Position numbers and translations under genes: made by a program | Notes under the pieces: generated by a model | Told to the model about the DNA's origin: nothing | Databases searched by the model: none | The model's input: the letters and a program-made list of their open reading frames with translations, nothing else | Shown: piece by piece, positions 15,501-29,320 of the stretch | Layout: each line of letters starts with the position of its first letter | Numbering within the stretch: the first letter of the stretch is position 1 | DNA from: Mytilus edulis | Taxonomy: Eukaryota | Length of the DNA stretch: 64,000 nucleotides | Assembly: GCF_963676685.1 (NCBI RefSeq) | Contig: NC_092356.1 | Coordinates: 72,602,001-72,666,000, forward strand | Direction of reading: 5' to 3'

Positions 15501-17431
15501 TTGAAATTTCCATGTTTGTTGAGGTTCAGTGTCTTTGGTGTTCATTGCACATATTCTTCTTAATAAGATCAACTCGTCAATTGAAGCTGTATGTTAATAA
15601 ACAATTTGATAGCTATACGAAAGCTTTGAATAAAAAAAACAAATAACATAATAGTTATGATATGATTTCGATTTTGCCATTTGATTAGGGACTCTACTTT
15701 TTTCAAATTTCCTCGGAGTTCAGTATTTTTGTGATTTTACCTTTTACATGATTTTGACTCTCCGCGCTTTTATATGTTTGTTTATTATTTGTCAAATTTT
15801 TATTTAATGTTATCTTGATTAGTTATTATTGGTTAGTTATTTCTTTTTATACTATAAGACAATGAACAGTCACATGACAAAAATAATGACATCACAAAAC
15901 AATTTGTTATCTACTAAACGAAATTTGTAGACGGTCAACCCCTAAAACAAAACACAACAACAAATGACTACAAGTTAGCATATGGTCTTAAAAATGTATA
16001 TGTGACTGTACATGACCTATAATGGTTTACCTTTTATAAATTGTTACCTGGATGGAGAGTTGTCTCATTGGCACACACACCACAGCTTTTTATATCTATT
16101 TAAGCTTTAACTCATCCCGATTTTTCGAAAGATTACTTATCGAAATAAATTCCTTAAATTAAATCGTACAGCTATCCATAAGAACATTCCGAAACCTAAA
16201 TTCCAGACATAAGAGCATGATGTCTTCCACTCTTATAAAGCATATCAATTGAAATCAGATGAAAGTCAGTTCGATAAAAATTACGTGCCCTACGCCATCA
16301 GATCAAACAAATTTGTGTTACCTTTTGTCCTTTTATTCTTTTAGTATTATTCCATGGGTACTTAAACTTTATAATAGAATGTTGTTTGAGAACTGCCATA
16401 TTTCATTGTCAATTCAGCAGAGGAATAAGGCGACCTACTTCATGTCAAAAGGTCACGGATTATTCGATTGAACTCATTTATACTTAAATATAAATTGATA
16501 AAAAGTAATAACAAGCTGTCAATTCAAGCCTTTACAAATCTAATATTCAATTTGATTAAAGAAAACACGAGAATAAAACAATTATAAGTTAAAATAATTT
16601 TAGACATCTGTTTAGTAACAAATGTAAACTACTATCTTCTGATTTCCTGCTGTATGTCAAATCTCCCAGATTATAATAAATTCATTAGAGAAGTACACAA
16701 ATAAATAATTAACAAAGCAATTTCTGAATTGAAAACAACAGAAAACACATTGAATATATAATATACAGAGACGTGGTATGATTGCCAATGAGACAAACGA
16801 AAAGTCGTAAAAATAAAGGGTACGTATACTTTACATCTTTCAACAACGAGGGATGTCAACAACTTAGGCAATTTATATGGCATGACATAAGTTGATAAAT
16901 TGTATTTACTGGCAAGATTCCTAACTTCTATTATAAAAGTGACGACGATGAGGGTTTTTTGTTAACCTTTACTACCCATTAGGGTCTTGAACGATCGGCT
17001 ATGGCTCGCACCTAACTTCTTGTATTAAAATGTGGTTAACATACGTAAGGTGAAAGCCAGGAACTTATCAATATGATTTATGGATCCTTGGAAACACACA
17101 TAATTTCGGGTGGATAGCTCCTTCGAGGACAAGCGGCAAATCAAGAGAGTTATCAATATGACTGGAAAAGTGTTTTGTGACACAATAGTAATGCGATAAT
17201 TCAGAGTAATATACCTGTATTAAACTGGCGCTGATCAATAAAATATTGCGACCGCGCCCAAATAAAAAAACACATGTTCATACGCCTATTTACAATGCCA
17301 TTAGTACGTAGATCGTACGACGTTTATGAAATATACTTCTTTCCCAGATATCTATAAATTTTCAAACCTTAACTACCTTGTCAATTTGATATAAAGAGAA
17401 ATATCTATATACTAGTATCTAAATTGTTTGT

Positions 17432-20352
17432 AAAACAATTGAAAGGTCTTTCCTGTAAAAGTGATGTTTTCGTAATGTACTTTGTACGACCTTTCGTTTG
17501 ATATACGACAAGCATACCTTCTGAAACGTTTCGCTTTTTACACTGAATGACCTCATCCGCCTACATTTTTGAGATCGGAATTATGATATATGTAACATAG
17601 AGTAGATGAGCTTTCATTTGACATGCGACAACGCCATGTTTTAGAAAATTTGATTTTTGCACTTAATAACACTATCCAACTAATTTTTGGAGGTCGGGAA
17701 TTTGATATTTCAAATGTACACAACATGACCTTTCATTTGATATACAACAACTCTATATTAAAAGAAAAGTTAGATTTTGCACTCAATGACCCGATCCAAC
17801 CCATTTTTGGGAGACGTCAATTTTAAATTTTAAATGTACACTTTATGTTCTTTCATTTGATATGCGACAACCTTACCATCTGCGAAATTTGAATGTTTGC
17901 ACTAAATGACCCCACTCGTCCCCCTGGGTTGATAAGGGGGTTTAAATTTTCATTTTTAAGTAGAGTTTATTAAGACCTACAATTTGATATATCAGATGAC
18001 TCAATTTGACAAAGTGCAAATAATGATGCAATATCAACTATATAAATAGAAGTTATGAAACTTACAAAGTCAATGCAAAACTTGAAAATTTCACATTGTT
18101 TTTTTGGTGTTTTCTTCCATGGAATGTTTTTGGTATTTGGTCAAACATATATCTATGTTAACCTCCTCAATTTCTAAAACATTTTAAGTGGTAACCTCTT
18201 GTTGATTCAGAAATACATGCCTCCGCTCGCAAAACTTCAAACTGCATTATCTCTAAAACGACAATAGATATCTCAAATCTGTTAAATGATAAATGATCTA
18301 CATTTGAAGGACAACATTATAGAAAAAGAATTGGGACAATTAATTCACCAAGGTCACAAGTAATCATCAAATATATGATGCAATACCAAACTTAAGAACC
18401 GGAAGTCGTAGAGACATGGGACTATCACCATTCAACTCAGGACCACTTGACCGTTCAAATATCACAAGGTCAAGGTCATTGTATACTGTGAAGGTCAAGG
18501 TGAAATTTCATCATGACCTGACATTGACGTCAAATTGAAAGTCTTTAATTACTGATCATCTTTGCAGTTTATAGAAGGTTGATATCTGTTACCTTTAAAA
18601 AGATATACACACACTACTATACTTTTAAGAATCATCCCGTTGTAAGTTTTGAACAGACAGTCGGACATTTTTGGACTTATCAAATAAAATGTAGAGCTCG
18701 TCGAGAGGAACATTTTATACGCTGTATGTATGCAACAAAGTCTTATCATTTTCCGAATATGTAAGCTTGAAATTACAGCGTATTTTTTTGGCACTCAGTG
18801 ACCTTTGACCTTGACTGCATATTAAAGGTCACACGAATTAAAGATTATTGGTGAAGGTCCCAAGTCTCTACGACTTCTGGTTCTCGAAATACAATTTTTC
18901 TAAAATTATGTAAAATATTTCAAGGGGGGTTACTCCTTATTAGGGTTAATAACAAAATGATTTTAAATGTTCATTAACATTGCCATCTGTTCCTGTACAT
19001 GTTGCCGTTTTCAAATGATTCTATCTCTTATACTGTTTGAGAAAAATGCAAAGGAAAGAAATTGTTTCAAGGGAATATAACTCTCATAGGGGACGATGAA
19101 ATCCTATTCAGCCTCACATGGTAATACATCATGATGAGATCTACATTTTGTTCAATTAAGGTCAAGATATCTTTAAAATCAATGGGGAGGGGCCATGTTG
19201 AAAAAAATCAATAAAAGGGAGATAACTCCTAAAGGGGATGATGAAATCCTTAACAGGGTCATTGGTAATACATCTTGGTGAGGTCTAGCGATGGTCCATA
19301 TTTGGTCTTAATAACTTCAACAGAAACAAGAGGCGGGCATGTCAAAAAAATGTTGGAAGAAAAAAAAAAAAAAACCAGAAAAATTAAATACCAATTGTTC
19401 AGAGAACAATTGAAAGTCTTTCCACCAGGTAATATCTATTTTTATATTAAAATATAAAAAATCAGTCTAAAATGTCAGTTCATATGGCTTTATGATGTAT
19501 AGATATGAATTTAAAGCAAAGGTCAAAATCTAGAACGTCAAATTAACCTATGACCTTGACCTCAATTTCAAGGTCACAAACTGAGGATCTCAAATCAAAA
19601 GACCCTAGGTCTCTCATATGTATGGTTAATAAGTTATATCACTTTACATATAATTTAAGATATGATAGGGACGAAAACTCCCATTCATTGTTTACGCACC
19701 CTTTCAACTAAAATTATTTAGTTACCACATGTCGCAACTAACAATTTATACAAAATAATTTGTCGATATCTTATAAGGTTAATGAAAATGAGTGAAAATA
19801 AGTCAAATTCAAAAGAATATGACCTTGACCTTTGATTTTGACCTAATTTTCATTTTTTGGACCAAGGACCTCAAATCAAAAGATCCTAGGTCTCTATCAC
19901 TTATGGTGTTCCAGTTTAAAATACATTTCAAAATTTCAAATACAAAAGAGGAAATAACTGTCATATGGAGCGTTCATATTGCTTCGGTGAAAATTGAACA
20001 CATCATGCGAATGATATAACGAGCAATTTTAAAAATTTGTCGTAATCTTTTACGGTTGCGAAGGAGTCGTGGACACAAGAAAAACAGTGTTTCGGGATAT
20101 AACTCCTACAAAGAAAAAGTATTCGGTTACGCAGGGTAAATTTCAAAAGCGCATAAACTGTTCGATATCATATACCAAATATCTAAGCGACATATTGCGA
20201 AACAAATATTAATTGCAAGAACAAAATTAGGCGGAAGAAAAAAAAATAATCAGAAAAAAACCATAGGTCTTTCAACAGAAAAGTGGAAAGACCTAAAAAA
20301 ACATTAGAAAAACAATAAGGTCTTTCCTCACGTGGGGGAAAGACTTTAATTA
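17432..20352 (+). mobile_element. Composite non-autonomous element(s), Helentron/HINE-like, rich in TGACCTTGACC motifs
   Basis: Recurrent aattgaaa(g)gtctttc sub-terminal motif (17438, 18533, 19408), terminal hairpins ggtctttc..gaaagacc (20266-20293, 20319-20346) and an internal ~120-bp tandem repeat at 17490-17990. Confidence 0.45.
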
Positions 20353-20930
20353 CAATTTGGAGATAGGTAACAGTATATTGAATTTTTACTTTAACTTAAA
20401 TAAATGATTCATGAGCACATGACTAGTCGAGTATTACTAAAATAGTAGGAAACTGTATTTAACCTATTTTTAAACCTCGTAAATCAATTTCAGTGATTCA
20501 AATTATGAGACATAAATCGGAGGTTTTCGGATGAACTCACAAGAAATAGAAATAAATTTATTTATGGATCTGATTGTCTGAAGATTTTCATAAAATGTAA
20601 TTTGGAGTCGATCTGTTTCATCAATTTTGGGCCTATGGGTATTCTCAAACGATGCAATATATATGTGCAGCTGATCGCAGAATGATTTTTGTGATCGTAC
20701 AAATAAAAAAAATTGTACATATAATTTCATTTGTAACTGATCTCCATCTTAATAAAAACGATTTTCTATTAATTTTCTTGTAGTAAGGAACTTGCTAGTT
20801 AATATAAATAAACCCATCCAATCTAACAAACAATGTCATCATTAATACAAACTGTTTTATCTGCCCTGCAGAGATTGCCATTAATTATCTGATTGATAAC
20901 CATATCTGACAATCGGAAGCGGAAATCTGA

Positions 20931-21600
20931 AACATGTTCTTGGATTAATTTGCACTTCTCATAAGTGCAAATTGGAACCACACTTTTTTTTGTCGTAGAA
21001 TCATCAAATTTGGCAATAATGTACCTCTGGGGATAAATAACACAATACAAAAATAAATTTGATATGGCTCGCCCGGTTCGGCAACTGGAGCGAAAACAGT
21101 GACAAAATCCTGTAGGATATTTTTTTCTCCCATAGGATTTTTAAAAATCCTACAGGATTTTGAGAAATCCTATAGGATAAAGTCATAATCCCGTAGGATA
21201 TTTTAAATATCCTATGGGATATATAAATCCTATCGGATTTATTTATCCTATAGGAAAATTTATCTCCTATGGGATTAAATTAATATCCTATGGGATTTAA
21301 AATCCTGTAGGATTTTCAAAAAAAGTGTTAAATCCGATAGGATTTTTTTTATCCTATAGGATTATCATGAAAGACTTTTTGACAGAAACTAATGTCCCTT
21401 AGGATATTTTTTTCTCCTAAGGGATTTATTTTGTCCTGTGGGATGTTTTTTTCTCCCATGGGATATTTTTTTCTCCTACCGGATTTTTTTCTCTCCCTTA
21501 GGATAAATTTTGTCCTGTAAGATATTTTGTTTTCCCTTAGGATTAACTTTGTCCTATAGGATTATTTTTTCTCCCATAGGATTAAATTTTGATACATTTT
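20931..21600 (+). repeat. Left arm of a long inverted repeat (conserved outer ~270 bp plus an inner array of palindromic ATCCTATAGGAT-like motifs)
   Basis: 20931-21200 is the near-exact reverse complement of 37120-37389, and the same translated text appears in both ORF-track entries. The inner region is a degenerate CCY(A/T)(T/A)RGG array. Confidence 0.85.
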
Positions 21601-21649
21601 GTCATCTAAGATGGATTCGTCAGTTTTGTTGGTATCTTACAAACGTTAA

Positions 21650-22244
21650 CAATTGTTGCTACATGGATATTGATCACTACGTAGCTACTACGATATTGAA
21701 CTCAACCTTTGTATTTAGCCTAGCTGCTACATAGATATTGATACCAGGGATCAGTTCTATATCGTAGCAGCTACGTAGCGACTATGTAGCTGCTATCAAA
21801 ATCTAAGTAATAACTAGTCTATAGCTACACGTTCAATAGTCAATATCTACGAAGCACTACGTAGCTGCTACGATATTGAACGCGTCCCAGGGTTGGGTTC
21901 AATATCGTAGCAGCTACGTAGCGGCTACGTAGCTGCTATCAATATTTATGTAACAACTAGTCTATAGCTACACATTCAATAGTCAAAATCTACGTAGCAC
22001 TTCGTAGCTGCTACGATATTGAACTCGACCCATCTACGTAACCGCTACGATATTGAACACGACCTTGGGTTGTGTTCAATATCTTATCGGCTATATAGGG
22101 AGGGCTATGTAGATTTATGACTTTTGAACGGGTGGCTAGCCTAGCTGCTACATAGATATTAATAGCAGCTAAGCTAGCTTCTCGTTCAATAGTCATAAAT
22201 TTACGTCGCACTACGTAGCTGCTACGATATTGAACGCAACCCTG
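21650..22244. mobile_element. Cluster of MITE-like units built from CTACGTAGCTGCTACGATATTGAAC inverted repeats
   Basis: TIR-like CAGGGTTG(G/C)GTTCAATATCGTAGCAGCTACGTAG at 21888 and its reverse complement ending at 22244; 25-bp perfect stem at 21857-21921. Confidence 0.55.
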
Positions 22245-22767
22245 AAAAGGGTCGTTATAGTTTTAATAATTATCGAAACGGATACATGGAAATATTACTT
22301 TATAGGATTGTGCAAATCTTGCCTTCGTATATGGTTTTCATGATATTAATTATTAATGAGTCTGTTTAATAAATATTGTTTGTGTTACGTCCTGTGGCAA
22401 ATATTACATGTATGTTCATAACGAGAACACAATAGGTAGGCTTTTCATAGCAAATATAAAAGGTCGACTGAGAGAATGGACATGGAACTTGGAATGGTAA
22501 TGCAAAATGAGGATATATTGAATAAAAAACAGAGCTGCCTCAATTAATTGTGCAAGAGTACCAAATGTGCAGAAGTCTTCCGTGCATGAAATCTATGCTT
22601 AAATCGACCATCGTTTTTCAAGTACAGTTTTTAATAATATCAACTGGTTAAATGCATTTTAATGGCTTAAATAAAAGGGAGAGTTCTTTTAGATTGGATT
22701 ATTTATAGCACTTTAGTTTTTTTGGTATGATACTATATTTCAGATTTCTCTTGGTTATGTTTTGCAC

Positions 22768-23085
22768 TTAGTGCGGGAAATCGTGGGTTCAAATCCCGGC
22801 CTGGTCAATCCAAATACGTCAACATTTAAAATTGCTGTTCCTCCGCTAAGCAAGTGGAATTAATAATTTAATTACACCTCTCCTCCATTACATGATATAT
22901 CTGTAAAAAAAGACTAGTATGCTCGAGTGGCTAAATGATGTCCAAATGCGGAGTGTTACCTTGTGAACTAGCACGTTAAAAATCTTTCTCGACACTATCA
23001 GTCTAGAACAGGGTTCATATTCAGTATAACATTTGGAACTTGAATTTGTCTCTGGACAGGTCTGGATATAAGGCATATTCAACGT
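22768..23085 (+). mobile_element. Decayed tRNA-derived SINE (mollusc Meta-domain type)
   Basis: B-box GGTTCAAATCC at ~22786, followed by ggtcaa.ccaaa..tgctg..ctccgctaagca..gactag..gctcg..gtgaactagcac.ttaaaaatc, recognised as a mollusc SINE body. Confidence 0.6.
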
Positions 23086-24249
23086 TCATTATATATCTAC
23101 TAAATCGTTAATAAATAGAGAAGTATTTTCCTTGTACTGATTTTTATTTCATGTACTTGGTTTGATTTCCACGAATTGATATTATAAAAATGGTATGGTT
23201 AAACTTTTCACAAAATATGTATGTGCCTTTTGTGATATTTTTAATGGCAGGTAATATGAAATTAGCTCCTTACTTTATTTATACATGGAACGTTTTTGTT
23301 TGGCTTGATAAGGTGTATAGGGATCTCTCTATAATAAAAAAAAAACCCAAAAGACTGTAAAAAAAAACTTTCAATATCTTGATTGTCTGTGTTGTTGGGT
23401 TGTTGTCTTATCAATATTTACTCTTAATCCCTTTTTTCGAACCCAAAGGGTAGACTTGAGCACAGAAATATTGTCCACTCTTGACTTCATCAGCTCGACT
23501 TTCGACTTAACCTTGCTGAAAAAGTAAAGCCCCCCCCCCCCCCCCCCCCCTATTCCTACCAACATGAAAATTAGTTAACAGACTAAGATGGCCACTACGA
23601 TGCTTTATGCTGTTGTTTTTTAATCGCTGCCTATTGCAGCTATTATTCCCGGTTTTGGACAGAATAAAAAGTAGATGTGGTTCGATTGTGAATGAGACAA
23701 CTTCAAACTATTGCTTTCCACCAAGGTCCACATGAAGCTGATGAACGCAAATTTATATAAAAAAAAGAAGATGTGGTATGATTGCCAAAGAGACGAATGA
23801 CATAGAAATTAACAACTAAACATGTAGTTCACCTTACGGCTTCCCACAATGAGCAAAGCTTTTGTATCTAATTTTATTTTATATGATTAATGTATTGCCT
23901 TGTGTCGTTTCTTTTGTTTACTAGTATATTGAATTTCTCTGGTGGTATGAATCTTACTTCATGAAATTTAAAATTATACCCTTTTTCAATAATAGGCTAC
24001 CGCAATAAAGATATAAGCTTAATAAAATAATTATTTCAGATTTTCACTCGTTCAGGAAATGTCATACGGAACAAGAATGAGTTTTAATGGCGAAAAATAT
24101 TTTTTTAAACAAATGTGCATGTGTAAGCTGTTTTGTGATGTTCTATTCTATCGGGAGTTTCAGAAAAGGGGGAATAAAAACAATTATGCCAAAAAACAGT
24201 TTAACTTGCGAAGCTTTCTTTGGTATTCAATGTTACAAAAATAGTTATT

Positions 24250-24500
24250 CTTTTGTAGATTTAGAACTTTGAACACAATTAAAAAAATGTCTATTGAAAT
24301 TGGTAGATGGCAAAATAGTTAAAGAGAACATTTTATTTATTATATATACTTTATGTAAAATTAGGTGAAATTGAGGACGAGTTTCATTATAAAGTTGAAA
24401 CAAAACGAAAAGTGTATTTAACGCTTTTTGTAAATAGCTTCTCAAATATTGAATTGATTTTATCAAAACAAAAAGTATAAGATCAAAAATTAAATTTTCT
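24250..24500 (+). pseudogene. Frameshifted 3' remnant of LINE ORF2
   Basis: Broken-frame translation CRFRTLN..KMSIEIGRWQN..TLC..GEIEDEFHY. Confidence 0.5.
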
Positions 24501-26614
24501 ATCAAGATTCTTTATTTCTTATAAAACCAAGTTTAATGGTACAAGGAACGATATTTTTACATATAATAACATACAGATTTTGCGCATGACAAGTTTGCAC
24601 AAAACGAGCAACAAGAATGAGAGATTGACGATCAACCTGGAGAACATACGTCTATATTGATATTTCTAATTAACTTACACAAATTTTTCAATACACGAAT
24701 ATTTTTTGAAATAAATAAAGTGCCGAATGTATATCTATACCACATCTTCCTATATCTCACACTCACACCACATCTTCCTATATCTATAACTTGCCTTGAG
24801 TATACTTTTTATGTCCCTATTCGTACAGGAAGTCCTGTGTTGTTATTTAGACGTACCGATCCACAATATCTGACACACATTTGCAAAACAGGTCATTTGT
24901 AATATAAGCTGGAAAAATTTCATAGTTTAAGAATAAAGCGGAGCATCGCAATTGCGTTAAAAATTAATATTTAATTTCCTACCAAAAGATATTGGTTTTT
25001 GTTTTCAATTCTTTCTCAAATTTAGATATAGAGTTGACACTGCAATGTTTTGTATCAGGTTTATTCCACTCAGGAACTATAGAAGGAATAAACGATTCAG
25101 GGAAAGCCTGCAAAATGGAACCACAATTCAAAATGTTTGTGTTTACTTTGCCTTTGTTTTATTTTGTTTCTAAGGAAATTGCTATGTAAGCTTCTTTGTT
25201 TATTTAAAGAAGCCAATTTTGAGATACAAAGTGAGAAACAAAGCTTTTGCGATTTCATTTCCTTATTTACAACACTAGAGTTTACAGACTATCATTATAC
25301 CTTGAGAGACATATGAGGAGAGTATGTGGCGTCCGTGGGGTACTTCAAATTCGATTACAGAAGTAATATAGAAAAACTCCAAGGGGTAAATACTATATTA
25401 CGTTTTTAAAAGAGAATATAAATCATAACTGTCTTCTATGAACGATAACTTTAAAACTGATGTCAATGCTTTTTTTTTTAACAATTCATCTTTATTCAAC
25501 AATTGAAGATGAATACCATTTTATTGTATAATGTAATAAGCAGTGATGTAAGAAATATAATTCACAATGTGCATGGGAGAACTAAATAATTTAGTTAACT
25601 TAATCATATGACTCTAAAGCCCGTTCTGTCATTATTAAGAGACGCTAAAGAACTGGACAACTGTGGAAATATAAGATTTTAAGATTTGGAAATAAATGAA
25701 ATTGGTGTCACAAATGGTATGTCTGCCTGTATTTGACTTTTTTTTATAAATATATATGATGCTCTTATACACAATTATTAATGGTTGTTTTACTTCGCTT
25801 AGTTATAGCATTTAACAAATAACTCTTCGTATTCTTATTTTCGGCATCAAATAAAATTTATAATGGAATATTTTTTAAAAGACAAGGAAAATGAAAAAAA
25901 ATATATACAACAAAAATAAGCAAAAGGAGATGTGGTATGGCTGTCAATGAAACACCTATCCACAAACGTTGAAATTGAAGTAGCTGTAAGAAATAAATAA
26001 GTCATATTTACAGTCTAAAAATGTGTTTAGCCGGGGCCTGAACATCAAATTACACATATCTATACTTGTAATGCATTTGTAAACAAGTTCGTACCCTAAA
26101 TATGTTCCTCTCCTAAACATGTCGAGGAAAGTGTTTAACCCTATATGTATTTAACCTGACCACATGTTAAAGATAAACATGTTTGGTACTGCCTCTTATA
26201 AATAAGTGAAACATTCTCAGTAAATCACATCAGAACTTAGATCAGACTAAAACCTCACTTAAACTGAATATATTTGTTTTTGTAGAACAGGAGTTTAGTA
26301 TCCCATAAAACATAAATCATTATATAGAGACCTAGGCAGCAAAGATAGTCATTAGAATCTTTTTGCATTTGCCTGTGTTCTATCCTTTTAAAAACCTTGC
26401 GGTGAGGCATGGTTTCTGACATCAGAAAAAAAAGTGAAGTATAGGCCACTGGACGTTAAGCAACCAAGTAGTAAACCTCACCTTTCCGTGAAGTGTTTAC
26501 AATTATTTGTATTTTTAAAATAAAATAAAAAAAGGATAAACATTTCCAAAAACTGAAAATATTTGAGAAGACGCTATTACCTTAGAAGTAAAAAATTTAC
26601 CAGACAGAATAAAC

Positions 26615-27439
26615 GGGCGATATCTTTTTGCGCCAAAAAGTAACTCATTTGCGCCACAACTTAATTGCGCCAATACTTCTTTTGCGCCACCTAATTTTCA
26701 AAACTATAGGTATCATTTGCGCCAATAAAATAATCTCGCTTTCTGACTCGTTACACAACACAGTCATCAATTTTGCAATTTTCTTCTTCAATTTTGAAGA
26801 GCTCTGATTTTTTTGATTTTTAAGGTCGCTCTGGCAACATATCGGTTGCTAAAAAATTTTTGCACGCAGTTCTCAAAATTTGACGTTCTTATTTCTGGAC
26901 TTTTGTTTCATGACATATAATAATCTAATTCTCCATTCAAAATAATTGTACACGATTCATTCGTGGATAACCTAGCACAACACGACTTAACTGTACATCT
27001 CCACCTTATTTCTCCAGTTTTTCTTAACTGTTACATCTCCACCTTATTTCTCCAGATTTCTGTACAAATGCCTGCGTGAATTTTGTGTTCCTCAACAATG
27101 ATAACCGGTTTTTCCTCTATCAGACTCTATTTTCTTGAATGGTATATCAGACACTCTTGACTCGTGAAAAAATATTCTATTACTAAACAATTTATTTTTT
27201 GGTGAGTTTTCTTAAATATGATGAGTGTTCAATTAAATCTTAAGTGGAAATTTTAATAATAGTACATGTATGATATAGGTAAAACATGTACGGGTATGAT
27301 ATATTAAGTAAAAAATATTTACAGGTAAATGTGGCGCAATTTCATTTCATTTATTGGCGCAATTAATACCATCAAAATAAAACAGAGTGGCGCAATTTAT
27401 ACCTTTTCAAAACTGCAATTGGCGCAAATTGATTGGCCC
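26615..27439. mobile_element. MITE with GG termini and an 8-bp TSD (Merlin- or MULE-like)
   Basis: TIR GGGC(G/C)A..TTTGCGCCAA. Subterminal TTGCGCCA repeats on the left and TGGCGCAA repeats on the right. TSD GAATAAAC at 26607-26614 and 27440-27447. Confidence 0.75.
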
Positions 27440-27939
27440 GAATAAACACGGCAGAAACAAACAAACGAAAAAAAACCAAGAGAACAATTTGAAATACCAT
27501 ATACATGTTAAAATCGGTATATACAAGCGGATTATAAACGGGACAGGGTTGAGCGAACATGAATTTCTACTGATTACACTAAAGGTGGCAATCAACCGAT
27601 TGAAGCACGTGTCGAGAAAATATTAGATAACTTTCTAATTAAAAATGACATAATTATGAAATTTGATTTTATGATTTTTTACAAAGTCTTCTTCTAGATG
27701 CCATATCCGTTGTGATATATAGTATCTTTCCATCAGGTCATTAGTGTACAATTTTGTTCTTAGTGCACTAAGGATCTCGAGTCCTTTGTAGTATTTCTAC
27801 GAATCCCATGATTTACATGTATGCTGAGGGAAAAGTCGCACATGTTTTTATAAGTAGGACGAAAGTCACAAAAATGTAATCAAAGTGTACACGTTGGGAA
27901 AAAGTCTGTGAGAAAGGTTTAAATAATTTTATTTAACAT

Positions 27940-28259
27940 CTTCATATTCTTTCTGCGAAATCATAACTTTGCTAGCCGTTAAGACGGAACGATATTCCAT
28001 ACCGCAGATACCATTTAATGATAGACTTTGTAAATTTTGTAGTTCGAACTGTGTGGAAAACGAAATACATGTTTTAATGGTCTGTCTTTTAGATACAGAC
28101 TTCCGATATGAACTTTTTAAAACATCACGTGAACATATTAACTTTGACAGAATGAACACAGAGAAAAGATGTATTGCTCATATGAACTGTAAATACAAAC
28201 AAAAGTTTTTAGCTCGTACAATAAATAGTTTTTTTATTAGAAGAAAAAATATTTTATGA
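27940..28259 (+). pseudogene. 3' fragment of non-LTR retrotransposon ORF2 (C-terminal CCHC-like domain)
   Basis: LAVKTERY..DRLCKFC....ENEIHVLMVC..FR matches the LxIETGRY..RxCxxC..EDExHxxxxC tail of LINE ORF2. Confidence 0.7.
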
Positions 28260-28487
28260 AATTATGATTTACAAACAATATATCTTCAGTATTATTTTTG
28301 TCTTTCTTTGTGCATATTTGTTTCTTACATAAAGGTTACTGTGATTTGTTTCAAATAAAATCCCAAGTTTATATACCTTTATTTTCTTTTGCAAAGATAA
28401 TTTCAATTGACAATTTTATTATAATATCCATCATCAGAATATTAGCATTTTAATAAAGATTTTATTCGTTTATTTTGTTACTTATAT

Positions 28488-28523
28488 CAGGGACATATAA
28501 TACATATGTATTATATGTCTCTG
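28488..28523. mobile_element. 36-bp palindromic transposon remnant (P-superfamily-like footprint)
   Basis: CAGGGACATATAATACAT|ATGTATTATATGTCTCTG flanked by the 7-bp direct repeat CTTATAT. Confidence 0.6.
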
Positions 28524-29160
28524 CTTATATCAAATGTGGATATTATTTTAATTTCATCAAAGATTTACTAAACAAATCCTGGATTTCATTGATAAAGATG
28601 TGTGTGCAACTATACAAATCCTTGTTGTAACTAATTCATAATTGTATATATTTTAATTAATTTTATTGTAAATTTAGTGTCTCGTAATTTTATGAAGGCT
28701 GGCTATCGATCTTTGTTTTAACTGTAAGACCAATGTGCGACACTATAATGAAATAATCATCATATTCATCTTTTATATTTAATCTCAATTACCAGAGTAA
28801 AATTTCACACCTAATTGAACATTGCAGATGTACGCTGACCACTATGTGTATATACCAAGAAACTGCTAGGTGTGAAAATAAGATGTGTCAATTGTATGAG
28901 GACCTGTACGGGGGTCCTTAATTCTATAACTGTTCAGTCTTTTTCTGTGTTCTTTATATATATAAGCACTTCGTCATTCTCTATTCCTTATCTTTTTCTC
29001 TATGTTTCTGTAGTCATTATTTATTTTCCTTTATTCGGCACTTTTAACCCATTATTCACTATTCATCGACCCCATCCTGACCCTCTTTTCTAATGAACCG
29101 TTAGCAAATACGTCTCGAAGGTGGCAGCATACATCACAGTCCACGACATTATAAACTATT

Positions 29161-29320
29161 AAGGCACACATACTGCTGGTGATCAACCTTTGATTTATAA
29201 ACTAGAATAAATATACTAAAAAAATTTAAAGATTATAGACTAGTATAAAGGCACACATACTGCTGGTGATCAACCTTTGATTTATAAACTAGAATAAATA
29301 TACTAAACAATTTTAAAGAT
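29161..29320. repeat. 87-bp tandem duplication
   Basis: aaggcacacatactgctggtgatcaacctttg.. at 29161 and 29248. Confidence 0.9.

Noticed and set aside
21004-21186. Near-identical ORFs at 21004-21186(-) and 37135-37398(+) as duplicated genes
   Set aside because: They are translations of the inverted-repeat arms and low-complexity palindromic arrays.
22768-22810. tRNA gene
   Set aside because: Only a B-box is present with no cloverleaf; it is a SINE head.
23530-23550. Poly-C/poly-G run (possible G-quadruplex)
   Set aside because: A simple homopolymer with no supporting context.
25059-25185. Possible plus-strand exon encoding MEPQFKMFVFTLPLFYFVSKEIA
   Set aside because: The splice signals are plausible, but there are no partner exons or homology; indistinguishable from chance.
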